From an uncultured Bacteroides sp. (GTDB taxonomy: Bacteria; Bacteroidota; Bacteroidia; Bacteroidales; GCA-2748055): 64,000 nucleotides of DNA. A program made the translations under genes and the position numbers. This document shows positions 18,689 through 27,725 of this stretch, one piece after another. The DNA lies in the NCBI GenBank assembly GCA_964579515.1, contig CAZOHA010000003.1, forward strand, positions 12,346 through 76,345, read 5' to 3'. The notes under the pieces are model-generated. The model ran no database searches and was not told the origin of the DNA. It saw only the letters and a program-made list of their open reading frames with translations. Each line of letters opens with the position of its first letter. The first letter of the stretch is position 1.

Positions 18689-19051
18689 TCACTCTTCCAC
18701 AGCCGCCTCCTCGCTGACCTTCGGTGAGAGGAAGAGGAAATTGTCGCAGATAATCTCCGTACTGTAATGTTTGTTGCCCTCCTTGTCGTCCCAGGCATTG
18801 GTGGCGATCTTGCCCTCCACATAAAGGGCATCCCCCTTCCTGACGTGCTGCTTCACGATCTCCGCGGCCTTGTTCCATACCACAACGCGGTGCCATTCGG
18901 TCCTCCTGATCTCCTCCCCTTCCTTGTCCTTCCAGACCTCATTGGTGGCCAGGGGGAAGTTGGCCACGAAGGCCTCCCCGTCACGTTCCGAAACCCGGGG
19001 GACCTCGCCGACATTCCCCACCAGGGTGACCCTGTTAACTCCGTATTTCAT
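18689..19051 (-). CDS. ssb: short single-stranded DNA-binding protein (OB fold only)
   Basis: VNRVTLVGNVG...TEWHRVVVWNKAAEIVKQHVRKGDALYVEGKI...W.DKEGNKHYSTEII. It has no Gly/Pro-rich linker and no D-D-D-I-P-F tip. Confidence 0.85.
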   Translation of the reverse strand: MKYGVNRVTLVGNVGEVPRVSERDGEAFVANFPLATNEVWKDKEGEEIRRTEWHRVVVWNKAAEIVKQHVRKGDALYVEGKIATNAWDDKEGNKHYSTEIICDNFLFLSPKVSEEAAVEE

Positions 19052-19313
19052 AACAGTTAAGTTTTGGTTACAGGGGTTAATGTGATGAGAGGCGGGAAGA
19101 TCGGTCGGTCAGCAATGCCCGTCTGAAAACACCTACCCACATTTAGGTATTTTGCTCTAAATAAGTAAGGAGATCTAAGAAGTAACAAGCAGACAGAGAA
19201 ACTCTTACATCTAACCGTTATTTAGAATGGTTCTTCGGTAGAATTCCGGATGCATTTTTTCACCGGTAATGCGGATATATTAGCAGCAGTGATTTAATAC
19301 AAATATTGCTGCT

Positions 19314-20489
19314 ATGAAATACAAACTTTGGATGATTGTTTTTCTCTCGGGATCCATAATAACAGAGCTTGCGGGGCAACCGTATCAGAATACCGCTGGT
19401 CGCATGTTGGAGGAGGAAAACCCTCTGACCATAGGAGGTTATGGTCAGATAGACTACAACCAGGTAGTTTCCGGGGAAGAATTTCACAACGGGAACCTGG
19501 ATGTGCACAGACTTATTTTGATGTTCGGGTATAAATTCAACGATCGCACTCAGTTCATCTCGGAGGTGGAGCTCGAACACGTGAAGGAAGTTTACGTGGA
19601 GCAGGCGTTTCTTCAATATGAGATCAAACCCTGGCTCAAATTCAGGGGCGGATTAATGCTGGTTCCCATGGGAATCATCAACGAATATCACGAGCCTTCC
19701 ACATTCAATGGAGTGGAACGCCCAAACCTGGATAAATATATAGTTCCGAGCACCTGGCGAGAGATCGGGGCGGGTTTTACCGGTGTACTCCCTTCAGTTT
19801 CTCTCTCATATCAGGCCTATGTCATGAATGGATTCAGAGGCTATGACGATGGCGCTTTATTGAGTGGATCGGACGGATTTCGGAAAGGCAGGCAAAAAGG
19901 CGCGGAATCGATGATCACTTCACCGAGCCTGGCTGTTAAGCTGAATCATTTCGGGATCAGCGGACTGCAGATCGGACTCAGTGGCTATTATGGCAACTCC
20001 CAGAGCAACCTTTATGACGGTCTTAGTAAAACGGATGAGGCAGCCCGTGCCAGTGCAGATTCATCCATCGTAGGCCTTTCAATGGCCGGATTGGATGCCA
20101 GGTATACTTTTGGCGGACTGAGTCTGAGGGGACAGTTTAATTACGGATGGGTATCTAATTCTGAAGCATATAATGACTTCACATCCAGTGACCTGGGAAG
20201 TGCTGTCTCCGGATGGTATCTGGAAGCCGCCTTCGATCTTTTCAGTTTGCTGGAAAGCGCCAACACCCGGTTGATCCCCTTTATTCGCTATGAACAATAT
20301 GATACTCATGCAACCGTGGAAGAAAGCATCCCGCAAGATCCATCGCTCGATCGGACTGACCTGACACTGGGTGTGGGCTGGAAACTGGACCGGGGCGCCA
20401 TGTTGAAAATGGATTATCAGCTTTTTAGAGAGGGGGGCTCAGACCAGGGTGTAAATCAATTTAATGCAGGCGTTGCAGTATGGTTCTAG
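19314..20489 (+). CDS. outer-membrane beta-barrel porin-like protein
   Basis: Signal peptide, alternating amphipathic strands throughout and a C-terminal aromatic residue (GVAVWF). Confidence 0.6.
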   Translation: MKYKLWMIVFLSGSIITELAGQPYQNTAGRMLEEENPLTIGGYGQIDYNQVVSGEEFHNGNLDVHRLILMFGYKFNDRTQFISEVELEHVKEVYVEQAFLQYEIKPWLKFRGGLMLVPMGIINEYHEPSTFNGVERPNLDKYIVPSTWREIGAGFTGVLPSVSLSYQAYVMNGFRGYDDGALLSGSDGFRKGRQKGAESMITSPSLAVKLNHFGISGLQIGLSGYYGNSQSNLYDGLSKTDEAARASADSSIVGLSMAGLDARYTFGGLSLRGQFNYGWVSNSEAYNDFTSSDLGSAVSGWYLEAAFDLFSLLESANTRLIPFIRYEQYDTHATVEESIPQDPSLDRTDLTLGVGWKLDRGAMLKMDYQLFREGGSDQGVNQFNAGVAVWF

Positions 20490-21028
20490 CAAGGAATAAA
20501 ACGATATTCACGGTCGCCATCCTTTTACTCTTCTTTACCCCATTGGAAATCCGGAGTACGGACCCCGGTAATTTCCATAAAGGAGTCAGAAAAGATATTG
20601 AACTATATTTTGGGAATTCGACGAGCATTACTCTCGTCGATCACTGGAGTTCTGTTACAGATTCAGTGGGATTGGCCGGAAAAGGAGACCGGGTCTTCAA
20701 AGTATCAGGAGAGGCGGGTAAGGAAGGTTACATTCTTCAGACCTCTGCTTACGGCAGGTATGACAAGTTTGACTATACGGTTTTATATCAGGAAGACCTG
20801 GTGGTACTTCATATCCGGATCACCACCTATCGCTCATCACACGGAGCGGCGGTTAGCAGCAAAAGCTGGTTGAGGCAGTTCAGGGGGTATGGCGGGGAGA
20901 CCCTGGAACTGGGTAAAGAGATTGATGGTGTGTCCGGGGGTACCATCTCTGCAGGTTCATTGGTGAAGGACATTCAGCGTTGCCACCGGCTCATGACGGA
21001 GATAAAAAAAAATCTTCTTGCGTTCTGA
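20480..21028 (+). CDS. exported FMN-binding (FMN_bind) domain protein
   Basis: N-terminal hydrophobic anchor or signal. The C-terminal KEIDGVSGGTISAGSLVKDI resembles the D-x-x-S-G-A-T flavinylation site of RnfG/NqrC-type domains. It overlaps the porin gene by 10 nt. Confidence 0.55.
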   Translation: MVLARNKTIFTVAILLLFFTPLEIRSTDPGNFHKGVRKDIELYFGNSTSITLVDHWSSVTDSVGLAGKGDRVFKVSGEAGKEGYILQTSAYGRYDKFDYTVLYQEDLVVLHIRITTYRSSHGAAVSSKSWLRQFRGYGGETLELGKEIDGVSGGTISAGSLVKDIQRCHRLMTEIKKNLLAF

Positions 21029-21112
21029 TGTTAACGATTTCTTAAATTTTAGATTTTATTTAACAAGTCGCCCGGCTGGCTGTTTACTATCGGTAAGATA
21101 AATATTAAAGCC

Positions 21113-21745
21113 ATGAACAGAATAAGAACAATTGCATTTACAGGAATGGTGGCCGTGATTATGATGAGTTGCAGCAGCAGCCCCAAACAGGAACAGCAGG
21201 CCACTGCAGATGAAACACCCGAACCCGCGACGGGTGAAGTGACCCCCATGAATGTGGACCTTGAAAGTAGCAGGGTCAACTGGAAAGGTGAGATGCTCGG
21301 GATCTATTCCCATTACGGCACAGTGGATCTGGAGTCGGCTTCCCTCTCCATGCAGGGAGATATGGTTTCCGAAGGAGAATTTGTCATTGACCTTCAGACC
21401 ATGGTCGCCACCGATGAAAACTACAGCGAGGACAGACCCAAAGAGCGGCTGATCGGCCACCTGAAATCTCCCGATTTCTTCGATGTGGAGAATTACCCCA
21501 CAGCCCGGTTCGTCATCACCGATGTCAGCGGTGGTACGGTAACGGGTGATCTGACCATTCGGGGGAACACTCATTCCGAGACATTCGACAATGTCACTAT
21601 CCAAAAACAGGGAGATACCTATATGGTCACCGGTAAACTCATCTTCGGGAGGGATAAATACGACGTGAATTTCGAAACGGGAGTTCAGGACAGAGTATTG
21701 AGCGACGATATCGAGATCGAGGTGGAACTGGTCACCTCTGCCTGA
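21113..21745 (+). CDS. YceI-family (polyisoprenoid-binding) lipoprotein
   Basis: Lipobox MMSCSSS. VNWKGEMLG..HYGTV, HLKSPDFFDVENYPTARF and GDLTIRGNTHSETF are typical YceI strands. Confidence 0.8.
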   Translation: MNRIRTIAFTGMVAVIMMSCSSSPKQEQQATADETPEPATGEVTPMNVDLESSRVNWKGEMLGIYSHYGTVDLESASLSMQGDMVSEGEFVIDLQTMVATDENYSEDRPKERLIGHLKSPDFFDVENYPTARFVITDVSGGTVTGDLTIRGNTHSETFDNVTIQKQGDTYMVTGKLIFGRDKYDVNFETGVQDRVLSDDIEIEVELVTSA

Positions 21746-21771
21746 GCCAATTGAAAATTACCAATCACTGA

Positions 21772-21805
21772 AAGAGCCATGTCTGAAGATATGGCTCTTT
21801 TTTTG
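21772..21805 (+). terminator. rho-independent terminator
   Basis: AAGAGCCAT (21772-21780) / ATGGCTCTT (21791-21799) followed by a T run. Confidence 0.75.
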
Positions 21806-21837
21806 TATCATTGCCCCGCGATCCCAATGCTTGCCCG

Positions 21838-23556
21838 ATGACTCTCACCTTGCTCAGAAACAGGTTTTCTTCCTTGCTTTTTCTTTGTCTGATCCCGGCC
21901 GTTTCCGCTGCACAGACCTATGCGAAACACGGAATGGTGGTATCCGACAATGTGATCGCCTCGGAAGTTGGCAAAAAAGTACTGGAGAAGGGAGGAAATG
22001 CCATCGATGCCGCCGTCGCCACCGCCTTTGCCCTGGCAGTGACCCATCCCCAGGCAGGTAATATCGGGGGAGGCGGGTTTCTGGTCTTCATGGACAGCAC
22101 CTCTTCGGTGACCACCATCGATTTCAGGGAAAAGGCTCCTGCAGGAGCCCATCCGGAAATGTTCCTGGATGAAAGCGGTGAACTCCCCGGTGGGACCGAT
22201 CTCAGGGGCAGGCCTACCACGGTGAATCACACCGGATTGAAATCGGCGGGTGTTCCGGGTACCGTGGCCGGACTGCATCTGGCTCACCGGAAATATGGAA
22301 CTCTTCCCTGGAAGGAGCTGGTAGAACCGGCTGTGGAGCTGGCCCGGAATGGATTCCCGCTCACCTGGACCCTTTCTGAACACGCCCGGTTCTTTCATCG
22401 GCAGGGGGAAACCGAATTCATCAGGGATTTTTTCAGCAACGATCAGGGCGAACCGGCCGGATTCGGAGAGGTCTGGAAACAACCCGAACTGGCCCTTACC
22501 CTGGAAGAGATCAGGGATCATGGCCGGGACGGATTCTACCAGGGAAGGGTGGCCCGGGAAATCGCACAGTATATGAAGGAGCTAGGTGGAATCATCACAC
22601 AGAAAGACCTTGAGGAGTATCAAGCCATCGAACGGCCTCCCGTAAAGGGCACCTACCGGAACTGCGAAGTGTATTCCATGGCACCGCCCAGTTCAGGCGG
22701 GGTGGCAATGATCCAGATGCTCCACATGGCCGAGCAGGTGGGATTCGATTCCTTGGAGTTCAACTCCGCGCCCTATTACCACCTTCTTGCCGAGGTGATG
22801 CGCAGGGCCTACGCCGACCGTGCCGGATTTCTGGGGGACCCGGATTTCAATCCGGGGATGCCGGTCGAGCGGCTCATTTCCAAAGAATATGCTGCCGGGA
22901 GAATCAAAGATTTCAACCCGGCCGTAGCCTCTGAAAGTGATCCCGCCAGGTTCGGTCAACTATACGAAGGCCCTCAGACCACCCATCTTTCAGTGGTCGA
23001 CAGCGACCGGAACGCGGTTTCATTGACCTATACCCTGGAGTATTCCTACGGCTCGGGGATGGGCTCTCCCCGTCTCGGATTTCTGTTCAACAACGAAATG
23101 GGTGATTTTAACCCGGTGCCCGGCCTCACCAGTGAAGAGGGACTCATCGGCACCGCACCCAACCTGATCGAACCGGGGAAACGCATGCTTTCGAGCATGA
23201 CCCCCACCATTGTGGCAAGAGACGGAAAACCCTGCCTGGTAATCGGGAGTCCCGGCGGCAAAACCATTATCAACACTGTATTCCAGACTGTATTGACATT
23301 CATTGAATATGAGATGCCGGTCAGAGAGGCCATTGAGAACGTCAAGATCCATCACCAGTGGTTGCCCGATCGGATTCTTTTCGAGGAGGAGCGGCTTTCG
23401 ACCGAAACCCGTGCAGTGCTGGAAGCCATGGGTCACCAACTGGTGCCCCGGGAAGCGCTGGGGCGGCTGATGGGAATCGAAGTGGATCATGAGAAGGGGA
23501 TCCTCAGCGGGGCAGCCGATTCCTCAAGCCCCGACGGAGGGGCAGCAGGGTATTAG
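21838..23556 (+). CDS. ggt: gamma-glutamyltranspeptidase
   Basis: Signal peptide from ATG 21838 (the track starts at TTG 21811). GGNAIDAAVA and GNIGGGGF motifs, autoprocessing/nucleophile site TTHLSVVD, and GSPGG. Confidence 0.9.
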   Translation: MTLTLLRNRFSSLLFLCLIPAVSAAQTYAKHGMVVSDNVIASEVGKKVLEKGGNAIDAAVATAFALAVTHPQAGNIGGGGFLVFMDSTSSVTTIDFREKAPAGAHPEMFLDESGELPGGTDLRGRPTTVNHTGLKSAGVPGTVAGLHLAHRKYGTLPWKELVEPAVELARNGFPLTWTLSEHARFFHRQGETEFIRDFFSNDQGEPAGFGEVWKQPELALTLEEIRDHGRDGFYQGRVAREIAQYMKELGGIITQKDLEEYQAIERPPVKGTYRNCEVYSMAPPSSGGVAMIQMLHMAEQVGFDSLEFNSAPYYHLLAEVMRRAYADRAGFLGDPDFNPGMPVERLISKEYAAGRIKDFNPAVASESDPARFGQLYEGPQTTHLSVVDSDRNAVSLTYTLEYSYGSGMGSPRLGFLFNNEMGDFNPVPGLTSEEGLIGTAPNLIEPGKRMLSSMTPTIVARDGKPCLVIGSPGGKTIINTVFQTVLTFIEYEMPVREAIENVKIHHQWLPDRILFEEERLSTETRAVLEAMGHQLVPREALGRLMGIEVDHEKGILSGAADSSSPDGGAAGY

Positions 23557-23604
23557 CCGGACCACCCTACCGGAGCCGGAAAAAACCTTCAGATAGACTT
23601 TAAG

Positions 23605-24396
23605 ATGCCGGACGATTACGAACGTAAAGGTTTTCCAAAATCAAGAATAGCCACTCAGGATGTCTATTCGGTCGGCAAGCAGAAACATCATGTGAGCGCT
23701 CTTCTTGAATTTGATGTGACAGAGGTGCGCCGTCGACTGCGCGAACTCAGGAGAAAGGGCTCGCCTGTTTCTTTCAATGCATGGCTGATAACGGTTATCA
23801 GCAAGGTTCTCACCCACCATCCCGAAGCTGCCGCCTATTTAAACAGTAAGAGAAGTCTGCTACTATTCAAGGAGTTGCGAATATCCATGATGGTGGAGAA
23901 AATGATCGATGGTCAGCGGGTCCCTCTCCCGCTGGTGATTGAAAATGCTGCCGGAAAATCCGCCGAAGAGATCACCCGTTCCATCGAAAAAGCCAGAGAA
24001 GAGCACCCTGTGAACCGGCCGGTAGTCAGTCACAGGCCCGCCACCGCCGGCGAGCGTATTTACTATCACCTTCCAGGATTCCTGAGGAGGGCGGTGTGGA
24101 GAATCCTGCTCCGGCATCCGAAGCTGGCTTTCCGGACAATGGGAAACGTGGTGATCACCTCCGTGGGAATGGCCGGAAGGATCAACGGCTGGTTCATCCA
24201 TAGTTCAGTGCATCCGGTCTCATTCGGAATAGGGTCCATCCTTCGCAAACCGGTTGTGGTCGGGAAGGAGATCCTGATCAGAGAGGTATTGCACATGACG
24301 GTACTGGTGGATCATGATGTGATCGACGGAGCACCGATGGTCAGAATGCTCAATGATCTGAGCCGCGAGATCGAATCGCCCGGAGAGATAAAATAG
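23605..24396 (+). CDS. stand-alone 2-oxoacid dehydrogenase E2-type acyltransferase catalytic domain
   Basis: 263 aa ending in the catalytic HMTVLVDHDVIDGAPMVRMLNDL (DHxxxDG). No lipoyl or subunit-binding domain is present. Confidence 0.65.
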   Translation: MPDDYERKGFPKSRIATQDVYSVGKQKHHVSALLEFDVTEVRRRLRELRRKGSPVSFNAWLITVISKVLTHHPEAAAYLNSKRSLLLFKELRISMMVEKMIDGQRVPLPLVIENAAGKSAEEITRSIEKAREEHPVNRPVVSHRPATAGERIYYHLPGFLRRAVWRILLRHPKLAFRTMGNVVITSVGMAGRINGWFIHSSVHPVSFGIGSILRKPVVVGKEILIREVLHMTVLVDHDVIDGAPMVRMLNDLSREIESPGEIK

Positions 24397-24486
24397 TGTA
24401 TCAGGAGGCTGGTTTTGAACTGGAACAATTTCTACCTTTACGATCCGAAATCCATCTTATTCAAGATAACCCAAACAAACCGATTC

Positions 24487-25524
24487 ATGAAAACAAAAAC
24501 CACAACCCTTTTTCCCGGCCTCTTGATGTTGTTAACGGCATCATTTTTTTTCCTCTCTTCCTGCAATACCGGCACGAAACAGTCCGACAGCGAAACAGAA
24601 ACTGCACCGGAAACTATCAAAAGTGCAGATGAAGACTCCGATTTCAAGATCTCGCTGGCCCAGTGGTCCCTTCACCGTTCCTTCTTCGGAGACGGTCTGA
24701 GCGACTGGCAGACATTCGGCAGAATGCTGATGGAATCGCCCGATTCTGTTCTGCAGGGAGAGCTTGATCCGATGAACTTCCCGGAAATCGCCGCCGGATA
24801 CGGAATCTATTCCATCGAACTGGTCAACACCTTCTACTTCGGTAAGATCGGCGACGAGGCATACTGGGATACCTTTCAGGAAAAATGTGATCAGGCCGGA
24901 GTTACGGTTGGACTGATCATGTGCGATGCCCTGGGCAATCTGGGAGATGCCGACGAAGAGGCCCGCATGATCGCCGTGGAAAACCACTACCCATGGGTGG
25001 ACCTGGCGCAGTTCCTGGGAGCTCACTCCATCCGCGTCAATGCCGCCGGTCAGGGTACACCGGAGGAGGTGGCCGCCCATGCGACTGACGGGCTCACCAG
25101 ACTGGCCGAATATGCGGAGACCAAAGGGATCAGTGTTCTGGTTGAAAACCACGGAGGATACTCCTCCAACGGTGAATGGCTCTCCGGAGTGATGGAAAGC
25201 GTCGGCAGGGATAATGTGGGGACCCTTCCCGATTTCGGGAACTTCTGCATCGAGCGGGGACCGGAAGGGTGTGTGAACGAATACGACAGGTACAAAGGCA
25301 TGGCCGAACTGATGCCTTACGCCAAAGGAGTAAGTGCCAAATCCCATGAATTCGATGAGAACGGCAATGAGGTCCATACTGACTTCCTTCGGATGATGAA
25401 AATTGTCAAGGAATCGGGATTCACCGGATACGTGGGGATCGAGTATGAGGGTGACCAGCTCTCCGAAGAGGAAGGGATCAGAGCCACCAAAGCACTTCTG
25501 GAAAGAGTTTTCGAACAGCTCTGA
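24487..25524 (+). CDS. secreted sugar phosphate isomerase/epimerase (xylose isomerase-like TIM barrel)
   Basis: Signal/lipobox FFLSSC from ATG 24487. LAQWSLHRSF, HSIRVNAAG, VLVENHGG and GYVGIEYEG follow the AP_endonuc_2/TIM pattern. Confidence 0.6.
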   Translation: MKTKTTTLFPGLLMLLTASFFFLSSCNTGTKQSDSETETAPETIKSADEDSDFKISLAQWSLHRSFFGDGLSDWQTFGRMLMESPDSVLQGELDPMNFPEIAAGYGIYSIELVNTFYFGKIGDEAYWDTFQEKCDQAGVTVGLIMCDALGNLGDADEEARMIAVENHYPWVDLAQFLGAHSIRVNAAGQGTPEEVAAHATDGLTRLAEYAETKGISVLVENHGGYSSNGEWLSGVMESVGRDNVGTLPDFGNFCIERGPEGCVNEYDRYKGMAELMPYAKGVSAKSHEFDENGNEVHTDFLRMMKIVKESGFTGYVGIEYEGDQLSEEEGIRATKALLERVFEQL

Positions 25525-25554
25525 TCCGGCCAGTTGCGGAAAATACTGCTACAG

Positions 25555-25593
25555 GGGAGTACCGGTCGCCGGATTGCCGGTACTCCCTTTTTT
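25555..25593 (+). terminator. rho-independent terminator
   Basis: GGGAGTACCGG (25555-25565) / CCGGTACTCCC (25577-25587) followed by T6. Confidence 0.85.
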
Positions 25594-25607
25594 GTTACTT
25601 TCAATCC

Positions 25608-26213
25608 ATGTTTTCCTCCTTCATAGAACTGCTGGTAATGATCAATCCCTTTGCGCTGTTCCTCTATCTGGAACCGGTGAGAAAGGATCTGAACCGCAGG
25701 GATTTTCTCAGGGTGATTATGAATGCCTCGCTGATTTCCCTGGTGATCTGTGTCGTATTTTTCTTCTCTGGGGAGTTCGTTTTCGACCGTGTCCTGCAAA
25801 TTGATTTTGAGTCGTTCCGGATTTTCGGCGGAATCATCATCTTCTCTTACGCTTACTTTTATATCATCAGGGGGCAGAAAGCCCTGATCATGATCAAGGA
25901 GAATCTCTCCGACCTGGCTTCAGAGATCGCATTGCCGTTTATGGTCGGTGCGGGGACCATCTCACTCAGCATCCTGATCTCGTACCGGCACATCTGGTGG
26001 CAGGGTAGTCTGATCCTGGTATCGGTATTTGCCACTAACTTTTTGCTGATCTTTCTCTTTACATGGTTCCGGAGCGGCATCGGAGCGCAGCGATTCAAAA
26101 CCGCCTTCGATAAAAACATGGAAGTACTTCTCCGGCTGAATGGATTCTTTATAGGGGCCATCGGCATCAACATGATTTTCAGCGGAATCCAGAACCTGTT
26201 CGGCCTGGGGTAG
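25608..26213 (+). CDS. MarC-family (UPF0056) integral membrane protein
   Basis: 201 aa, about 6 TM helices, N-terminal INPFALFLYL-type motif. Confidence 0.55.
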   Translation: MFSSFIELLVMINPFALFLYLEPVRKDLNRRDFLRVIMNASLISLVICVVFFFSGEFVFDRVLQIDFESFRIFGGIIIFSYAYFYIIRGQKALIMIKENLSDLASEIALPFMVGAGTISLSILISYRHIWWQGSLILVSVFATNFLLIFLFTWFRSGIGAQRFKTAFDKNMEVLLRLNGFFIGAIGINMIFSGIQNLFGLG

Positions 26214-26327
26214 ATGTAATTTTTACATAAAATGTATAGTTTGCTTGTCTTTTAGTAAATTATACTTAGCTTTTCGACATGTATATTTTACTAATTGTAA
26301 ATTAACTCTTACATAATCACACATATC

Positions 26328-26507
26328 ATGTCGTACCAGGAAAAACAAAACATCGTCAACATTTTCAGCGGACTGCTGGCCACTGTTATTGCACTTGCCC
26401 TGGGAATGCCGGTTTACGGTATATTTATCGGTTTTGTGGCTGCAGGACTGCTGGCCGGGATCATCGAGAACAGTTCCCAGATCTACTATTACATAAAAGG
26501 AGTCTGA
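26328..26507 (+). CDS. 59-aa two-helix membrane peptide (below the ORF-track cutoff)
   Basis: My translation is MSYQEKQNIVNIFSGLLATVIALALGMPVYGIFIGFVAAGLLAGIIENSSQIYYYIKGV. The stop lies 1 nt before the ATG of the XRE regulator, which suggests coupling. Confidence 0.5.
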   Translation: MSYQEKQNIVNIFSGLLATVIALALGMPVYGIFIGFVAAGLLAGIIENSSQIYYYIKGV

Positions 26508-26508
26508 G

Positions 26509-26763
26509 ATGGTCAAGAGCAGGATCCAGAACAATATCCGAACGCTGCGATTCCATAACAATGAGATGACCCAGCAGCAGCTTGCCGACGAGGTGGGCGT
26601 GTCGCGTCAGACTATTGTCGCCATTGAGAAAGGGAACTACTCCCCTTCCCTGGAGCTGGCCTTCCGTATTGCACGTCTGTTCCACACACCCCTGGAGCAG
26701 GTGTTTTCCTATGAACCTGATTCCGAAAAACCCGATGAAAACCAGACATCTGTAAACAAATGA
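26509..26763 (+). CDS. XRE-family helix-turn-helix transcriptional regulator
   Basis: MTQQQLADEVGVSRQTIVAIEKGNYSPSLELAFRIARLF is a classic HTH_3 sequence. Confidence 0.85.
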   Translation: MVKSRIQNNIRTLRFHNNEMTQQQLADEVGVSRQTIVAIEKGNYSPSLELAFRIARLFHTPLEQVFSYEPDSEKPDENQTSVNK

Positions 26764-27689
26764 AAGCAGCAGTTTATGATCGGTATGGCCCGCCCGAGGT
26801 TCTGCACATCGAACAGGTGAAGATGCCCCTTCCCGGGGAAGACGAAGTCCGCATCCGTATCAGGGCTGCGGGAGTGACCAACAGCGACCTGTTCATCAGG
26901 GGATCGCGGCTCCCCCTGCTCTACTGGGTCCCCATGCGGCTGATGCTGGGACTGTTCAGGCCCAGGAACCGGGTCCCCGGCCTGGTATTTGCCGGTGAGG
27001 TGGAAACGGCCGGGAAGCTCATCCGGAGATTCAGGCCGGGCGACCGGGTATATGGCCTCACCGGATTCAGCATGGGATGCTATGGAGAATATACCTGTCT
27101 GAAAGAAACCGACTCAACCAGGGGTGCACTGGCGCTTATGCCCTCCAATCTCAGTTTCGAAGAGGGCACCGCGGCTGCATACGGCGGATTGCTGGCGTTC
27201 CAGTATCTGGAAAAGGGGAAGACCGGACCCGGACAGAAGGTCCTGATCTATGGTGCATCGGGCACCACCGGAACTATAGCGGTCCAGTATGCCAGCCGGA
27301 AAGGTGCCGAGGTGACCGGTGTATGCAGTACGCGCAACCTGGAGCTGGTGAAATCGCTCGGAGCCCGGCGGGTGATCGATTACACCCGCCAGGAGACCCT
27401 CGACAGCGATGAGCGTTACGACTTTATCCTGGATGCTGTCGGAAGGGCAAAATCCTCTCCGTTGAAGAAAAAGATCCGAAAAGCCCTGGGCCCGGCAGGG
27501 ATGTACACCTCCATTGACGATGGGAACCTCCTACTGGACTCCTCCAGACTGGACCGCATCAGGGAGTCGGTGGAAGCGGGTCATATCCGGCCGGTCCTGG
27601 ACCGGACCTATCCCCTTGAGGAGATTGTGGAGGCTCACCGATACGTGGAAACGGGACATAAGACCGGAGGTGTGGCTGTGACCATTTGA
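26760..27689 (+). CDS. medium-chain (zinc-type/quinone oxidoreductase-like) NAD(P)-dependent dehydrogenase
   Basis: GroES-like N-domain. Rossmann motif VLIYGASGTTGTIAVQYA. C-terminal GHKTGGVAVTI. ATGA overlap with the XRE gene. Confidence 0.8.
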   Translation: MKAAVYDRYGPPEVLHIEQVKMPLPGEDEVRIRIRAAGVTNSDLFIRGSRLPLLYWVPMRLMLGLFRPRNRVPGLVFAGEVETAGKLIRRFRPGDRVYGLTGFSMGCYGEYTCLKETDSTRGALALMPSNLSFEEGTAAAYGGLLAFQYLEKGKTGPGQKVLIYGASGTTGTIAVQYASRKGAEVTGVCSTRNLELVKSLGARRVIDYTRQETLDSDERYDFILDAVGRAKSSPLKKKIRKALGPAGMYTSIDDGNLLLDSSRLDRIRESVEAGHIRPVLDRTYPLEEIVEAHRYVETGHKTGGVAVTI

Positions 27690-27725
27690 GATATTTCACT
27701 ATATTTTCCGTAAAATACCGATCTT

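Noticed and set aside
21808-22521. 237-aa - strand ORF overlapping the ggt start
   Set aside because: ggt is unambiguous on the + strand. The - ORF has a Gly/Pro/Arg-rich shadow composition.
26223-26561. 112-aa - strand ORF upstream of the XRE gene
   Set aside because: It spans an AT-rich promoter-like region and is antisense to a compact two-helix ORF that is start/stop-coupled to the XRE gene. I judged it less likely than the + strand peptide, though neither is proven.
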